A stretch of DNA of 64,000 bases. Source: an uncultured Verrucomicrobiota bacterium (GTDB lineage: Bacteria; Verrucomicrobiota; Verrucomicrobiia; Limisphaerales; UBA8199). The position numbers and the translations under genes are program-made. Positions within the stretch are counted from its first letter, which is position 1. Every line of letters starts with the position of its first letter. The stretch is from contig CAZZFF010000019.1 of assembly GCA_964653485.1 (NCBI GenBank), positions 1,219 through 65,218 of the forward strand, in the 5' to 3' direction. Shown here in pieces: positions 9,997-20,250 of this stretch. The notes beneath the pieces were generated by a model, which was not told the origin of the DNA, did no database searches, and saw only the letters and a program-made list of their open reading frames with translations.

Positions 9997-11057
9997 GGCT
10001 TGTCTGGCCCGGGGCGCGGGGGCAGGCCGGGCGGGGCAGGCGGGCGCTTGAGGCCGGGCGGGGCAGGGGGACCTTCCAGGCCCGGGGGCGCGGGAGGTTG
10101 CTGAGGCAGTTCGTTGACCAGTTCACGCCAATTCTGCCGTTCGTCGGGGGCCATCAGCTTCCATAACTGGGCGTTCCGAAGGAACTGGCGGCGTTGATCA
10201 AGGCTGAGGCGGGCAAACTTCTCGAACGAACGGATGGCCTTGGCGCGGTCTGTCGGGGAGAGGTTAGCGAACTTATAGAGGGTTCTTTCGATTTGCCGGC
10301 GTTCCGGCTCGCTCAGGGTATTGCAGGCCTCCTGCTGCTCTTCCGGGGTGAGGTCGAAGAATCGTTTGAAGCGGGCGGTAATTCTTTGCTGTTGGATGCG
10401 GGGCAGGGCTTGCCACTGGAGGATGCCGCGGTCAAGTTTGGCCTGTTGGGCCGGGGAGGCGGGCGGAAGGGGGGGCGGCCCGGTCTTGAGATCGGTGAAG
10501 AAGCGGATGGCGGCGGTATTGGTGAGCAGCTCCTGTTGTTTGCTGGCGGGGAACTGGTCCCAGGCGAGCAATCGTCTTTCGATCTCGCTACGCTCGCTCC
10601 GCGGCACCAGGGCCAGGAGAGCAAAGCGATTGGAGGCGGATGTGTTCATCAGGGGCCAGAGGTAGTAGAAGAGTTCCGTGGCTTTGAGGCGCAACTCGCG
10701 CCGGTTCGGGCTCATGGATTCGTACTCGCGGACTTTGGCCAGGATTTGTCTTTGGATGTCCGGGGGGCGGCCGGCGAGGAATTGCTTCCGTTCCGCGGGA
10801 TTCATGGCAAGCAACTCGCGGAACGTCTCGACGGGCGACCGGGCGGCGATTGCGTTGGTGGGGGTGTCGCCTGCGGATGGAGCGGGCGGGGGCGGCAGAG
10901 TATGAGACAGGAGCGGCCCTCCGGCAAGTTCCTGGGGCGCGGCCCAGGAGGCGAGCAGGGAGTGCCTGAGCGAGGCCCTCCCGGTCCATACGCACGCAAC
11001 CAGGGAGACGGCCATCACGCCCGCCAGCCAAAGGCCCTTTGTGGAGGAACGGTTCAT
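9993..11057 (-). CDS. DUF3106-like membrane-anchored helical repeat protein with Pro-rich tail
   Basis: N-terminal TM/signal; repeated W/F..L.P.E(R/Q) helical units; C-terminal 3x PPAPPGLxx. Confidence 0.75.
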   Translation of the reverse strand: MNRSSTKGLWLAGVMAVSLVACVWTGRASLRHSLLASWAAPQELAGGPLLSHTLPPPPAPSAGDTPTNAIAARSPVETFRELLAMNPAERKQFLAGRPPDIQRQILAKVREYESMSPNRRELRLKATELFYYLWPLMNTSASNRFALLALVPRSERSEIERRLLAWDQFPASKQQELLTNTAAIRFFTDLKTGPPPLPPASPAQQAKLDRGILQWQALPRIQQQRITARFKRFFDLTPEEQQEACNTLSEPERRQIERTLYKFANLSPTDRAKAIRSFEKFARLSLDQRRQFLRNAQLWKLMAPDERQNWRELVNELPQQPPAPPGLEGPPAPPGLKRPPAPPGLPPRPGPDKP

Positions 11058-11058
11058 A

Positions 11059-11562
11059 TTATTTCAGCAGGTGCAGCAGTTCAATGTCCGCCGGTGGCGT
11101 GCGGTCGAGCACCTGGATGGCGTCGAAGTTGGTGAGAATCTGGGGGCTGGGCAGGGACACGACATCAGCGATGGCGACTACGCTTCTGATGAGCTGTGCG
11201 CGCTGAAAGGCCAGGACCTCATGGTAAGAGAGCAGGCTGGTGCCCAGGAAAATCGCCGCGAACGCCGCCTTGGGCAACCAAGGGAGGCGGCCAGGCCAGA
11301 CAAGCCAGCGCAATCGCACCGGCCGCGAGAGGACGCCCGCTTCCCGGCCGGCAGCCTCCAGGGCCAGCGCCGTGAAATTGCTGGGCACGGCCGCATCGGG
11401 CAGTTGGTCCAGGACGCGGTTCAGGGCGGCTTCGGTCCGCCACTCGGCCAGCGCTTCAGGATGCCCGGCGAGCCATGCGCGCAACTCCGCCTGCTCAGCC
11501 GGCGTGAGGTCTCGCCGCCAACTCAATTCCCGCCAACGCTCGCATCTCAGATTGTCTTTCAT
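11059..11562 (-). CDS. Putative anti-sigma factor (single TM)
   Basis: Directly downstream of an ECF sigma; N-terminal LTPAEQAELRAWLAGHP...L..LPD..VPSNF anti-sigma-like domain plus one TM helix. Confidence 0.75.
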   Translation of the reverse strand: MKDNLRCERWRELSWRRDLTPAEQAELRAWLAGHPEALAEWRTEAALNRVLDQLPDAAVPSNFTALALEAAGREAGVLSRPVRLRWLVWPGRLPWLPKAAFAAIFLGTSLLSYHEVLAFQRAQLIRSVVAIADVVSLPSPQILTNFDAIQVLDRTPPADIELLHLLK

Positions 11563-11659
11563 AAGCCTCGCCGAAGTTCTAGAGATTTGATAACCGCGCG
11601 GAGACGAAAGTTGCGTTCATCGAAGGTCCTCGGCCGAGAGGCCGCCACGAGGACGCCGT

Positions 11660-12286
11660 TCAGGGCGCGTCGCTCCACACCCCGCTGCGCAGGTAGGGTT
11701 TGAGTTTGTGCTTCAGGGTCTCGCGGCCGCGGTGGATAAGGGATTTGGTGGCGGAGACGGAGCAGCCGAGGACCTTGGCAATTTCCTCGTAGCTCATTTC
11801 ATCCTGGCGGCACAGCAGGATGGCCGTGCGCTGGTTTTCAGGCAGGTCGGCCAGGGCCTGTTCGATTTTTTGCTCGAGTTCGCCGTGGAGGAGGTTCTCC
11901 GGGGGCGGAACCGCTTTCTTGTCTTCGAATTGCTGCAAGGGTTGGTCGTCCTGCTCGGGTCGGGTGGCATCCATGGACTCGGAGGGATGGCGGGAGCGAC
12001 GCCGCAGTTCGTTGAGGGCCAGGTTGCGGGCGATAGTAAAGAGCCAGGTCGAGAACTTGGCGGAGACCTCGTAGCGATGGGCGGAGCGAAAGACCTGGAC
12101 AAAGACGTTTTGGGCGACGTCTTCGGCTTCGGTCGGGTCGTGGAGCATCCGGTACACGAGGTTCAGGACCGGCCGCTTATACTTGTCCACGAGCGCGGCA
12201 AAAGCGGTGCCCTCGCCCTGTTTAACGCGTAACATCAAGGCGGCATCGGGTTCCAGCTCAGCGGACATGCTAGGGCATCTTATCAA
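11660..12286 (-). CDS. ECF RNA polymerase sigma factor (SigW/RpoE-like)
   Basis: DAALMLRVKQG, AEDVAQNVF, KFSTWLFTIARN, MSYEEIAKVLGCSVSATKSLIHRGR. Confidence 0.93.
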   Translation of the reverse strand: MIRCPSMSAELEPDAALMLRVKQGEGTAFAALVDKYKRPVLNLVYRMLHDPTEAEDVAQNVFVQVFRSAHRYEVSAKFSTWLFTIARNLALNELRRRSRHPSESMDATRPEQDDQPLQQFEDKKAVPPPENLLHGELEQKIEQALADLPENQRTAILLCRQDEMSYEEIAKVLGCSVSATKSLIHRGRETLKHKLKPYLRSGVWSDAP

Positions 12287-12356
12287 ACACCGGAAAGCTC
12301 ACAAGGTTTGACGCGGCTTGCGTTTGGGGCGTTTCTCACCCAAGCTTGGAAGTGGA

Positions 12357-15140
12357 ATGCAGGAATTGCTCAAGAAGATCGAGGCCAGCGCCGCCGCGCG
12401 GCTGTCGCTGCCCCCGGGCCGGGAGCCGGCGCAGGAGTTGGCGCGCTACAAGGCCTTTCTGAAGGTCGAGACCCATCGGCTCAAGATGCTGCACCGGGCC
12501 GGCGGAGGCGGTCTGGAGGTGTGCCACGCGCGGTCGGTGATGATGGACCTCTTGCTGCGCCATCTGTGGGGCACGGCGAAGGCGAATCTGACCGAGGCGG
12601 CGCGGAAGGAGTTTCCGCACCTGGCCCTGGTGGCGATCGGGGGTTACGGGCGTGGGGAGCTCAACCCGCACAGCGACATCGACTTCATGTTCCTGCACAG
12701 CGGGCAGGTTGCCGGAAACCGGCCGCTGCCCTATTTGTCCAAGATCATTGACGGCATTCTGTACCCGCTCTGGGACATCGGGCTCAAGGTCGGCCATTCG
12801 GTGCGGAGCATCGAGGATTGCGTGAAGGTGGCCAACACCGACATGCAATCCAAGACCTCGTTGATCGAGGCCCGGCTCGTCGTGGGAGACGAGGACTTGT
12901 TCCTGAAGTTCCAGAAGGCCCTGGTCAACAAGTGCGTCGAGGGGCATGTCGAGGAATATATCGCGATGCGCGTTGCGGACCAGGCCGCGCGGAGGGAGAA
13001 GTTCGGCAATTCGGCCTGCATGCAGGAGCCTAATCTGAAGAACGGCTGCGGCGGGCTGCGGGACTTTCAGAACCTGCTGTGGATGGCATTTTTCAAGCAT
13101 CGCACGCGGTCGCTCACGGAATTGCAGGCGCAGGGCCTGATCAGCGAAAAGGAGCGGAAGCAACTCGAGGGGGCCTACGACTTCCTGCTGCGCGCGCGCA
13201 CGGAGATGCACTATCACCTGAACCGGGCCATGGACGTGCTGACCAAGAACCTCCAGCCGACGGTGGCCCACAACCTGGGCTTTACGGAGCGGTCCCCCAG
13301 CGAGCGCATCGAGCGGTTCATGCGGGAGCTGTATATGCGCTCCAGGAACGTCTTTCTCATCACCCGCACGCTGGAACAGCGTTTGGCCCTCCAGCCCGAG
13401 GTCCCGCGCCGTTTGTCCCTGCGCTCCTTCCTGCCCGGCGGCCGCAAGCCGGTCATCGAGCCGGTCGATGGTTTCAAGTTCTGCGACCACGAGATTCACG
13501 CGGTATCCGACCGTGTTTTTCGCGAGCAGCCCTGCCGGCTGATGCGCGTGTTTCTTTACGCCCAGCAACGCGGTCTGCGCCTGCACCCCGACCTGGCGCA
13601 ACTCATCCGGAAGGAGTTGCTGCTGGTGGATCGGACCTTCCTCATGGACCAGCACGTGCGGGAGACTTTCCTGACGATCCTGGACCAACGCGGCAACGTC
13701 GCCCCCATTCTGCGCACGATGCACGAGGTCGACTTCCTGGGCCGCTATATTCCTGAGTTCCGCAAGCTGACCTGCCTTGTGCAGCATGAGTTCTACCACC
13801 TATACGCGGCCGACGAGCACACGCTCGTCTGCCTCGAACAGCTTGATCGCGTCTGGAACGCCAAAGCCCCCCCTTACACCGAGTATGCCGAGCTGCTACA
13901 CAAGGTGGAGCGGCCCTTTATCCTGTACCTGGCCTTGCTTCTCCACGACCTGGGCAAGCCCGAGGGTCACGGTCATCCGGCCTTGAGCGGGGAGATGGCC
14001 CTGCGCGTGGCCAAGCGCCTGGACCTCGACGGGGCAGCCACTCACACCCTCCGCGTGATCATCGAGAACCATCTCTTGCTGGCCAGCATCTCCCAACGCC
14101 GCGACCTCGACGACCCGTCCGTCATCCGGCACGTGGCCAAACAAATCCAAACCCCCGAGACCCTCGGGATGCTCACGTTGCACACCTTCGCGGATTCCCT
14201 GGCCACAAGCGACAAGCTCTGGAACGGTTTCAAGGACTCGCTCCTTTGGGCGCTGCACAACAAGACCATGGCGCTGATGACCGGCGGGACGGAGTTTGTC
14301 CGCACTGACGAGATGCACCGCGAATTGTTGCGCCAGGAGGTCAACCGCCTGCTGGCGGGCAGCGCCGACCCTGCCGAACTGCAGGCCCATTTCACCAAAC
14401 TGCCTCCGCGCTATTACCAGCTCCATTCCGCGCGCGAGGTCATCGCCGACCTCGTCCTGGTGAACCGGTTCTTGCGCCTCCAGGTCCTGGAAGACCAGAA
14501 TGTGCTCGGGCCGATCGTGAGTTGGCAGGACCAGCCGGATCGGGGCGCCAACCTGGTGAAAGTCTGCACCTGGGACCGCGAAGGGCTCTTCAGCAAGATA
14601 GCAGGCTCTTTCAGCGCCGCCGGCCTCAACATCCTCAGCTCCCGCGTTTTCACCCGCTCCGATGGCATCGCCCTCGACGCGTTTCTGGTTACCGATGCCC
14701 GCAACGGCAGCCTTGCGGGCCCCGAGCAGCGGGACAAGTTTCAGGAGGTCCTCAAGAAGGCCCTCGCCGGAGGCGGCGTCGATTTCCCCGCCCTCATCGC
14801 CCGCCAGAAGATTACACGCCCTCTTTACCAGGCCTATTCCGGCGAGCACATCTCGACCCAGGTCCGCTTCGAGGACGAGGCTTCCGACACCCGCACCATC
14901 ATCGAGATCGAGACCGAAGACCGGCTCGGCCTCCTTTACATCATCTCGCAGACGCTGGCGGAGTTGAACCTTGACATCTCCAACGCGAAGATTCTCACCG
15001 AGAAAGGCGCGGCGATCGACAGCTTTTACGTCCGGGAAACCAACGGCGCGCGCGTCAGTTCACCCGAACGGCGCACCGCCATCGAGCGGCGCCTGCGCCG
15101 AGCTATCCAGAAACTGGCGGAGCGCTCCGGCGAAGCATAG
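12357..15140 (+). CDS. glnD: [Protein-PII] uridylyltransferase
   Basis: ALVAIGGYGRGELNPHSDIDFMF nucleotidyltransferase, NLKNGCGGLRD, HEFYHLYAADEH, LLHDLGK HD motif, two ACT domains; start set at ATG 12357. Confidence 0.95.
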   Translation: MQELLKKIEASAAARLSLPPGREPAQELARYKAFLKVETHRLKMLHRAGGGGLEVCHARSVMMDLLLRHLWGTAKANLTEAARKEFPHLALVAIGGYGRGELNPHSDIDFMFLHSGQVAGNRPLPYLSKIIDGILYPLWDIGLKVGHSVRSIEDCVKVANTDMQSKTSLIEARLVVGDEDLFLKFQKALVNKCVEGHVEEYIAMRVADQAARREKFGNSACMQEPNLKNGCGGLRDFQNLLWMAFFKHRTRSLTELQAQGLISEKERKQLEGAYDFLLRARTEMHYHLNRAMDVLTKNLQPTVAHNLGFTERSPSERIERFMRELYMRSRNVFLITRTLEQRLALQPEVPRRLSLRSFLPGGRKPVIEPVDGFKFCDHEIHAVSDRVFREQPCRLMRVFLYAQQRGLRLHPDLAQLIRKELLLVDRTFLMDQHVRETFLTILDQRGNVAPILRTMHEVDFLGRYIPEFRKLTCLVQHEFYHLYAADEHTLVCLEQLDRVWNAKAPPYTEYAELLHKVERPFILYLALLLHDLGKPEGHGHPALSGEMALRVAKRLDLDGAATHTLRVIIENHLLLASISQRRDLDDPSVIRHVAKQIQTPETLGMLTLHTFADSLATSDKLWNGFKDSLLWALHNKTMALMTGGTEFVRTDEMHRELLRQEVNRLLAGSADPAELQAHFTKLPPRYYQLHSAREVIADLVLVNRFLRLQVLEDQNVLGPIVSWQDQPDRGANLVKVCTWDREGLFSKIAGSFSAAGLNILSSRVFTRSDGIALDAFLVTDARNGSLAGPEQRDKFQEVLKKALAGGGVDFPALIARQKITRPLYQAYSGEHISTQVRFEDEASDTRTIIEIETEDRLGLLYIISQTLAELNLDISNAKILTEKGAAIDSFYVRETNGARVSSPERRTAIERRLRRAIQKLAERSGEA

Positions 15141-15154
15141 CCGGCCGGAGGGTG

Positions 15155-16216
15155 CTATATCCGCACTCCCGCAGCCCGGTAGAACCGCTGTACGCGGGCC
15201 ATCTCCTCCTCGAGTTCCAGGACGCCAATTGACCGCACCATCTGGCCGATCGTCGTTTTGGGATCATTGGACCAGAAGATGCCGCAATCCTCGTCTTCGT
15301 AATAGCGGAAACCGACCTTGTCGCCAAAGGCTTTCCGGAGGGCTTCGCCGTTTCGCAGCTTCGCGCTCCAAGGGAGCAGGGCGTAACTGAGGTCCAATTC
15401 GTGAACCAGGATGCTTTGCGGCGGCCTGACCTGCGCGGCGATCTTACCCGTCGGCTCAAAGATGGACGCGTTGTGCCTCCAGGTGCTGGAGGCAATGTAG
15501 CAGCGGTGCTGCCTGGCTCGGAACGCGGGTTGAGATGTCTGCGGCGATTGGGTGGGCCAGGCGATGAGCTCCGCTCCGCGGCGGGCCAGTTCCGCCCAGC
15601 CGCCGCCGAAATTCATGTCGTAGCAGATTTGAATTCCCAGTTTCCCGAAATCGCAGTCGAAGACGGGCAGCGCGTCGCCGGGGGTGGCGCCGCCCTCCAT
15701 GGTTCGGCGTTCGAGCGAGACCACCAAATGCACTTTGCGGTAGGTTCCCAGCACGTCACCTTTGCGTCCGAGGAGGATCGCCGCATTCGAGCACACCCGT
15801 TTTTCTCTTGAATCCAACAAGTAAGTGGGAACGACGATATGGCAGGCGTGCTCGCGGGCCTTCCGAGCGAAGGAATCCTTGAATTCTCCCTCGAAGGAGA
15901 CCGAATGGGCCACGGCGTCGTCGCCCGCTTCGCCGGTGATCGCCGTCTCCGGCAGAACGGCGAGGTCGAGACCGCGGCCATAGGCTTGTTTGGCCTGGGC
16001 GGCCATTTGGTCTATGATGCCGGTGAGTTGCTCCGAGCGTTTGGACAGCCCGGGATACTCCCCCCAAAAGGACTGCATGACGGTGCCGACGATGACCTTT
16101 CGGGGAGGGGTGTCGGAGGTGGTTCGGACTTGTCCCTCCTCCTCGGAGGCCAGTGCGGGGACAGCGTCAAGAGCCGCGACGCCGCTCAGCGTCGCCAGGA
16201 ATGTTCTTCGGTGCAT
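15155..16216 (-). CDS. Carbon-nitrogen hydrolase (nitrilase superfamily) with Tat signal
   Basis: MHRRTFLA Tat motif; E-K-C triad in LPET, YRKVHL, ICYDMNF. Confidence 0.9.
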   Translation of the reverse strand: MHRRTFLATLSGVAALDAVPALASEEEGQVRTTSDTPPRKVIVGTVMQSFWGEYPGLSKRSEQLTGIIDQMAAQAKQAYGRGLDLAVLPETAITGEAGDDAVAHSVSFEGEFKDSFARKAREHACHIVVPTYLLDSREKRVCSNAAILLGRKGDVLGTYRKVHLVVSLERRTMEGGATPGDALPVFDCDFGKLGIQICYDMNFGGGWAELARRGAELIAWPTQSPQTSQPAFRARQHRCYIASSTWRHNASIFEPTGKIAAQVRPPQSILVHELDLSYALLPWSAKLRNGEALRKAFGDKVGFRYYEDEDCGIFWSNDPKTTIGQMVRSIGVLELEEEMARVQRFYRAAGVRI

Positions 16217-16341
16217 TTGCGAGTTCTCCTGCGAGGTGAACAACAGTTCTATTTTTCTCAATCATAACTCCCGCGCAAGGACAGCGCCAGGGCTAAGGAG
16301 GCTATTCAGAATAGCATGAACACTTTCGCGTGGTCGTTTGA

Positions 16342-16410
16342 CCGCTGGCTTCGTTGCTCGCTCGTTCCAGACCGGTGCGGGTATGCGTCTCGCTAGCGCC
16401 TCGCCAGCGG
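16342..16410. repeat. Intergenic imperfect inverted repeat (REP-like)
   Basis: ccgctggc...gccagcgg arms enclosing gcttcgttgctcgctcg...cgtctcgctagcgcctcg; lies downstream of the GH3 gene. Confidence 0.45.
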
Positions 16411-16507
16411 AGGTCCGGAGCGGCGAGCCGAACGAGGGGGAATCATCGTGCGAGGCTGAAAATGGGCTGCTTGCGTGAGGGGAGCCATGATGACGTGAAG
16501 GACTCCC

Positions 16508-18712
16508 TCATCGCACCTCGAATTGACCTTTGACCCGAATGTCCTCGGACGAACTGCCCACCAGGACCTCGAACGCGCCCGGTTCGACGACAAATCCGCG
16601 AGTCTTAACATCGTAGAATGCGAGCTTCTCAGCCGGCAGCGCAAAAGTGACCGCCTTCTTCTCCCCTGGACGCAACGCAACACGCTCGAACCCCCGTAAT
16701 TCCTTCAAGGGCCGCCTTACGCTGGACGCCACCTGGTGTATGTAAACCTGAACCACTTCGTCGCCTGCCCGGTCTCCTATATTCTCGACCTCCACACTCA
16801 CCGCGACCTTGCCGGTTGGCGGGATGTGCTGGGGCCGGGTCTGCAGATCGGAGTATTTGAACGCGGTGTAGCTTAGGCCGTGGCCGAAGGGAAAGAGAGG
16901 TTGTCCCTCCAGATACATATAGGTAAAACCCTTACTGACGTCATATTCGTCCTGGGCGGGCACCTGGCTTTCAGAGGCATAGACAGTGTGCGGCAGACGG
17001 CCCGCGGGGTTGACCTCGCCAAAGAGCACGTCGGCGATGGCGTCGCCGCCCTCGACACCATTCCACCATGCCTCGATCATGGCGGGCACATTCTCTTTAA
17101 GCCACGGCACTGCCAACGGACCGGCGTTCATGAGCACGACGACGGTCTTCGGGTTAGCCGCCAGCACTGCCTTGACCAACTCCTCCTGGCGGCCCGGCAG
17201 CCGGAGGCTGGGGCGATCATGTCCTTCCGATTCGATGCGGCTGTCCGTGCCGATGCAAAGGATCGCCACGTCCGCGTTCCGGGCAGCCGCGGCAGCCTGG
17301 GCGATTGAGTCCGCTTCGTTGTCGGATGCCGCCCCCTCGCTCGATTGGGCGTTGGGGGCTTGGCTGATCCGGCATCCGCGAGCGTAAAGCACCTCGGTCC
17401 CCGGGACGGCGCGGTTTCGGATGCCCTGGAGCGGCTTGACCGGCCCGTCGGCCTTGCCGCTGTAGCCGCCCGCCGTAAACGTATCGGCGTGAGGACCGAG
17501 GACGGCGATCCTCGTGAGTTTGCCCTTGTCCAGGGGCAGGAAGTGGTTTCGATTGACGAGCAGCACGATGGACTCGCGGGCCGCCTCCAAGGCCAGCGCC
17601 CGATGCTCCGGGCTGCATATTGCCTTAGTGGGGATTCGGCTGTAAGGCACCAACTCCGGGGGATCGAACTCGCCCAGGCGGATGCGGTCGCGCATGAGGC
17701 GGAACACAGCGTCGTTGAGCCGCGCCTCAGGTAGAAGCCCCTGCCGAACAGCGGCGGGAAGATAGGTTTCAAACTCCTTGTCGGAGAAGTCGCAGCCGGC
17801 CATCAGGGATTTGGCCACGGCATCCTCGTAAGTCATTTGGCCTTTCATGTGCCCGCTGACCATGCTGTTCACCCCGCCCAGGTCCGACACCACAAAACCC
17901 TGGAAGCCCCATTGCTTCTTCAGTATGTCGGTGAGCAGCAGGGGGTTGATATTGCTGGGAACACCGTTGATGGCGTTGTAAGAGGCCATGACCGACTGGG
18001 CTTGGCCCTCGACGATGCAGTCGCGAAAGTGCGGCAGCCAGTACTCGTGGAGCATCCGCTCCGGCACCGTAGCGGAAAGTTGCTGGCGCCCCTGCTCGAC
18101 GTTGTTGACCGCATAGTGCTTGAGGGTGGAGACCAGCTTGAGGTGCTTCGGGTCATCGCCCTGCAGGCCTTTGACATACGCCACACCGAGCCGGCCGGTC
18201 AGGTAAGGGTCCTCGCCGTATGCCTCTTCGTTGCGCCCCCAGTAGGGGTTTCGTCCGATGTTGATGACAGGCGCGCGATAGATAAGACCTTTGTGCTCCC
18301 CCGGAAAGTTCGGGTCCTGGCGCCAGCCGTTATATATCGCGCGCGCTTCGTCCGAGATGGCCGTGGCAACCTCATGCACCAGGTTGGAATCCCATGTCGC
18401 CGCCATCGCCAGTGACACCGGGAACATCGTTGTCTGCCGGTCCCAGCAGACGCCATGGAGGCACTGGTTCCAGCCATCGCACTTGATGCCAAACCGTTCC
18501 ACCGTCGTCCCCTTGTGGTTGAGGAGCATCGCCTTCTCCTCCAGCGTCAGACGCGAGATCAAATCTCGAGTGCGGTCCTCGGCGGATTGGGCTGGGTCCA
18601 GATAGAGGGGCCTTGGCGGGGATTCGGCGGCGCGAAGTCCATTTCCGAACCCGGCAAGGAGCCCAAGAGCCACCAGCCAAGAATGAGAGCCGGAGCCAAA
18701 TATGGTCTTCAT
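16508..18712 (-). CDS. Secreted glycoside hydrolase family 3 (beta-glucosidase/xylosidase) with Fn3-like C-terminus
   Basis: Signal peptide from ATG 18712; RNPYWGRNEEAYGEDP, STLKHYAVNN, FVVSDLGG nucleophile, FPFGHGLSYT, KELRGFERV. Confidence 0.93.
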   Translation of the reverse strand: MKTIFGSGSHSWLVALGLLAGFGNGLRAAESPPRPLYLDPAQSAEDRTRDLISRLTLEEKAMLLNHKGTTVERFGIKCDGWNQCLHGVCWDRQTTMFPVSLAMAATWDSNLVHEVATAISDEARAIYNGWRQDPNFPGEHKGLIYRAPVINIGRNPYWGRNEEAYGEDPYLTGRLGVAYVKGLQGDDPKHLKLVSTLKHYAVNNVEQGRQQLSATVPERMLHEYWLPHFRDCIVEGQAQSVMASYNAINGVPSNINPLLLTDILKKQWGFQGFVVSDLGGVNSMVSGHMKGQMTYEDAVAKSLMAGCDFSDKEFETYLPAAVRQGLLPEARLNDAVFRLMRDRIRLGEFDPPELVPYSRIPTKAICSPEHRALALEAARESIVLLVNRNHFLPLDKGKLTRIAVLGPHADTFTAGGYSGKADGPVKPLQGIRNRAVPGTEVLYARGCRISQAPNAQSSEGAASDNEADSIAQAAAAARNADVAILCIGTDSRIESEGHDRPSLRLPGRQEELVKAVLAANPKTVVVLMNAGPLAVPWLKENVPAMIEAWWNGVEGGDAIADVLFGEVNPAGRLPHTVYASESQVPAQDEYDVSKGFTYMYLEGQPLFPFGHGLSYTAFKYSDLQTRPQHIPPTGKVAVSVEVENIGDRAGDEVVQVYIHQVASSVRRPLKELRGFERVALRPGEKKAVTFALPAEKLAFYDVKTRGFVVEPGAFEVLVGSSSEDIRVKGQFEVR

Positions 18713-18827
18713 TGCGTGCAAAACCGTGGTGCCGCTTGGATTCCGCTTTTCATGGTCTCCCCTTTTATGATAATTGAGCGTCGCTGGACAGGCATTTTTC
18801 CGGAGCATCCATGCGCGCTGCGCGAAT

Positions 18828-20240
18828 ATGAAACAAACGGCATTGGCGGTCCTCCTTCTTGTCATTCCCCTTGTCGCAAGGCCGGCGGTGGAGCCGGCTC
18901 CAACCGGCGGCATCAGGGTGTATGCCGACAACCCATTCTACTGGGAATACCAGGGGAAACCGGTGCTGCTGCTGGGCGGGTCTTCGGCCCCAAAGGGCGG
19001 GCTGAACGATGAGGGAATGTTCCTGTGGCCGGACGTGGCCGGCAGTCTGGACAAACTCGTTTCGGCCGGAGGCAATTATACGAGGTGTCTTGTATCGGGT
19101 CGATTGCGCGGCGAGCCGCTGTGGCCCTTCTCGAGCGCCGAGGGGCGTTTTGACTTGGATCGCTGGGACGAGGCCTACTGGCATTGCTTCGAGAGCTTTC
19201 TGACGGAGACCCGGAAGCGCGGGGTCATTACCGACATCGAGGTGTGGGCCACGTTCGATTACGCGCGCCTGCCCTGGACCAAGAACCCCTTCAACCCGAT
19301 CAATAACCGAAATTATACGACCCAGGAGAGCGGTCTTCCGGCCGAGGTCAATAGTCCTGCCTATTTGGCGAAGAATCCGTTTTACGAGACGGTGCCGGAC
19401 GAAGGAAAAATGCCGGCGGTGCTCCGATATCAACAGCGCTTTGTGGATAAGGTCCTGTCTTATACGCTACGGTTCGGGAATGTTTTGTACTGCATGGATA
19501 ATGAAACCGCCGGCGGTCCGGCCTGGGGCGCGTATTGGGCCCGCTACATCCGCGACGCCGCGGCCAGGGCCGGGGAGAAGGTTTGCGTCACCGAGATGTT
19601 CGAGTCGCACGACCTGGAGCATGCTTCCTACCGCAACGTGACCGATTATCCTCAACTCTACGACTTCATCGAGGTTTCACAAAACAACCACCAAACGGGC
19701 CAGACCCATTTCGACAAGATTCAGGGGCTGCGGCAGCGCATCCTCGCGGCGCCCCGTCCGCTGAGCAACGTCAAAATCTACGGGAGCGACGGGGGCGGGT
19801 TGTTCGGCACCGGCCGGGAGGCGACTGAACGGTTCTGGCGAGACATTTTCGCCGGCTGCGCTTCGGCTCGCTTCCATGAAAAGCACCTCGGGGACAGCGA
19901 GTTGGCCCTACGGATGGTGCGGAGCGCGCGAGAGGTGACCCGTGCCTTTGATCTCTTTCATTGCGCGCCGCATAATGAACTCCTGGCAGACCGGGCGCCG
20001 AACCAGGCCTACTGCCTGGCGAACCCGGGCAGAGAGTATGCAGTCTATTTCCCCGCGGCGGGCCGGGTCCAGCTCGACACCCCCGGGCTCGGAGGCCAGG
20101 CTGAGTTGCGCTGGTACGATATTGACCGCGGAACCTGGATGGAACCGGCGCGGGTCCCCGATGAGAGGCCCATCGCGCTGTCCACACCGGGTGAGGGTCA
20201 GTGGGCCGTCCTGGTTCGAGCCGGTCGGAGTCCGCGATAG
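18828..20240 (+). CDS. Secreted TIM-barrel glycoside-hydrolase-like protein with C-terminal putative collagen-binding-type domain
   Basis: Signal peptide; NPFYWEYQGKPVLLLGG, YCMDNET; C-terminal YCLANPGREYAVYFP...RWYDIDRG...LSTPGEGQWAVLV. Confidence 0.7.
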   Translation: MKQTALAVLLLVIPLVARPAVEPAPTGGIRVYADNPFYWEYQGKPVLLLGGSSAPKGGLNDEGMFLWPDVAGSLDKLVSAGGNYTRCLVSGRLRGEPLWPFSSAEGRFDLDRWDEAYWHCFESFLTETRKRGVITDIEVWATFDYARLPWTKNPFNPINNRNYTTQESGLPAEVNSPAYLAKNPFYETVPDEGKMPAVLRYQQRFVDKVLSYTLRFGNVLYCMDNETAGGPAWGAYWARYIRDAAARAGEKVCVTEMFESHDLEHASYRNVTDYPQLYDFIEVSQNNHQTGQTHFDKIQGLRQRILAAPRPLSNVKIYGSDGGGLFGTGREATERFWRDIFAGCASARFHEKHLGDSELALRMVRSAREVTRAFDLFHCAPHNELLADRAPNQAYCLANPGREYAVYFPAAGRVQLDTPGLGGQAELRWYDIDRGTWMEPARVPDERPIALSTPGEGQWAVLVRAGRSPR

Positions 20241-20250
20241 GACCTGTTTA

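Noticed and set aside
9996-10105. 3x PPAPPGLxx tandem at the end of the DUF3106-like gene
   Set aside because: Ordinary Pro-rich low-complexity tail.
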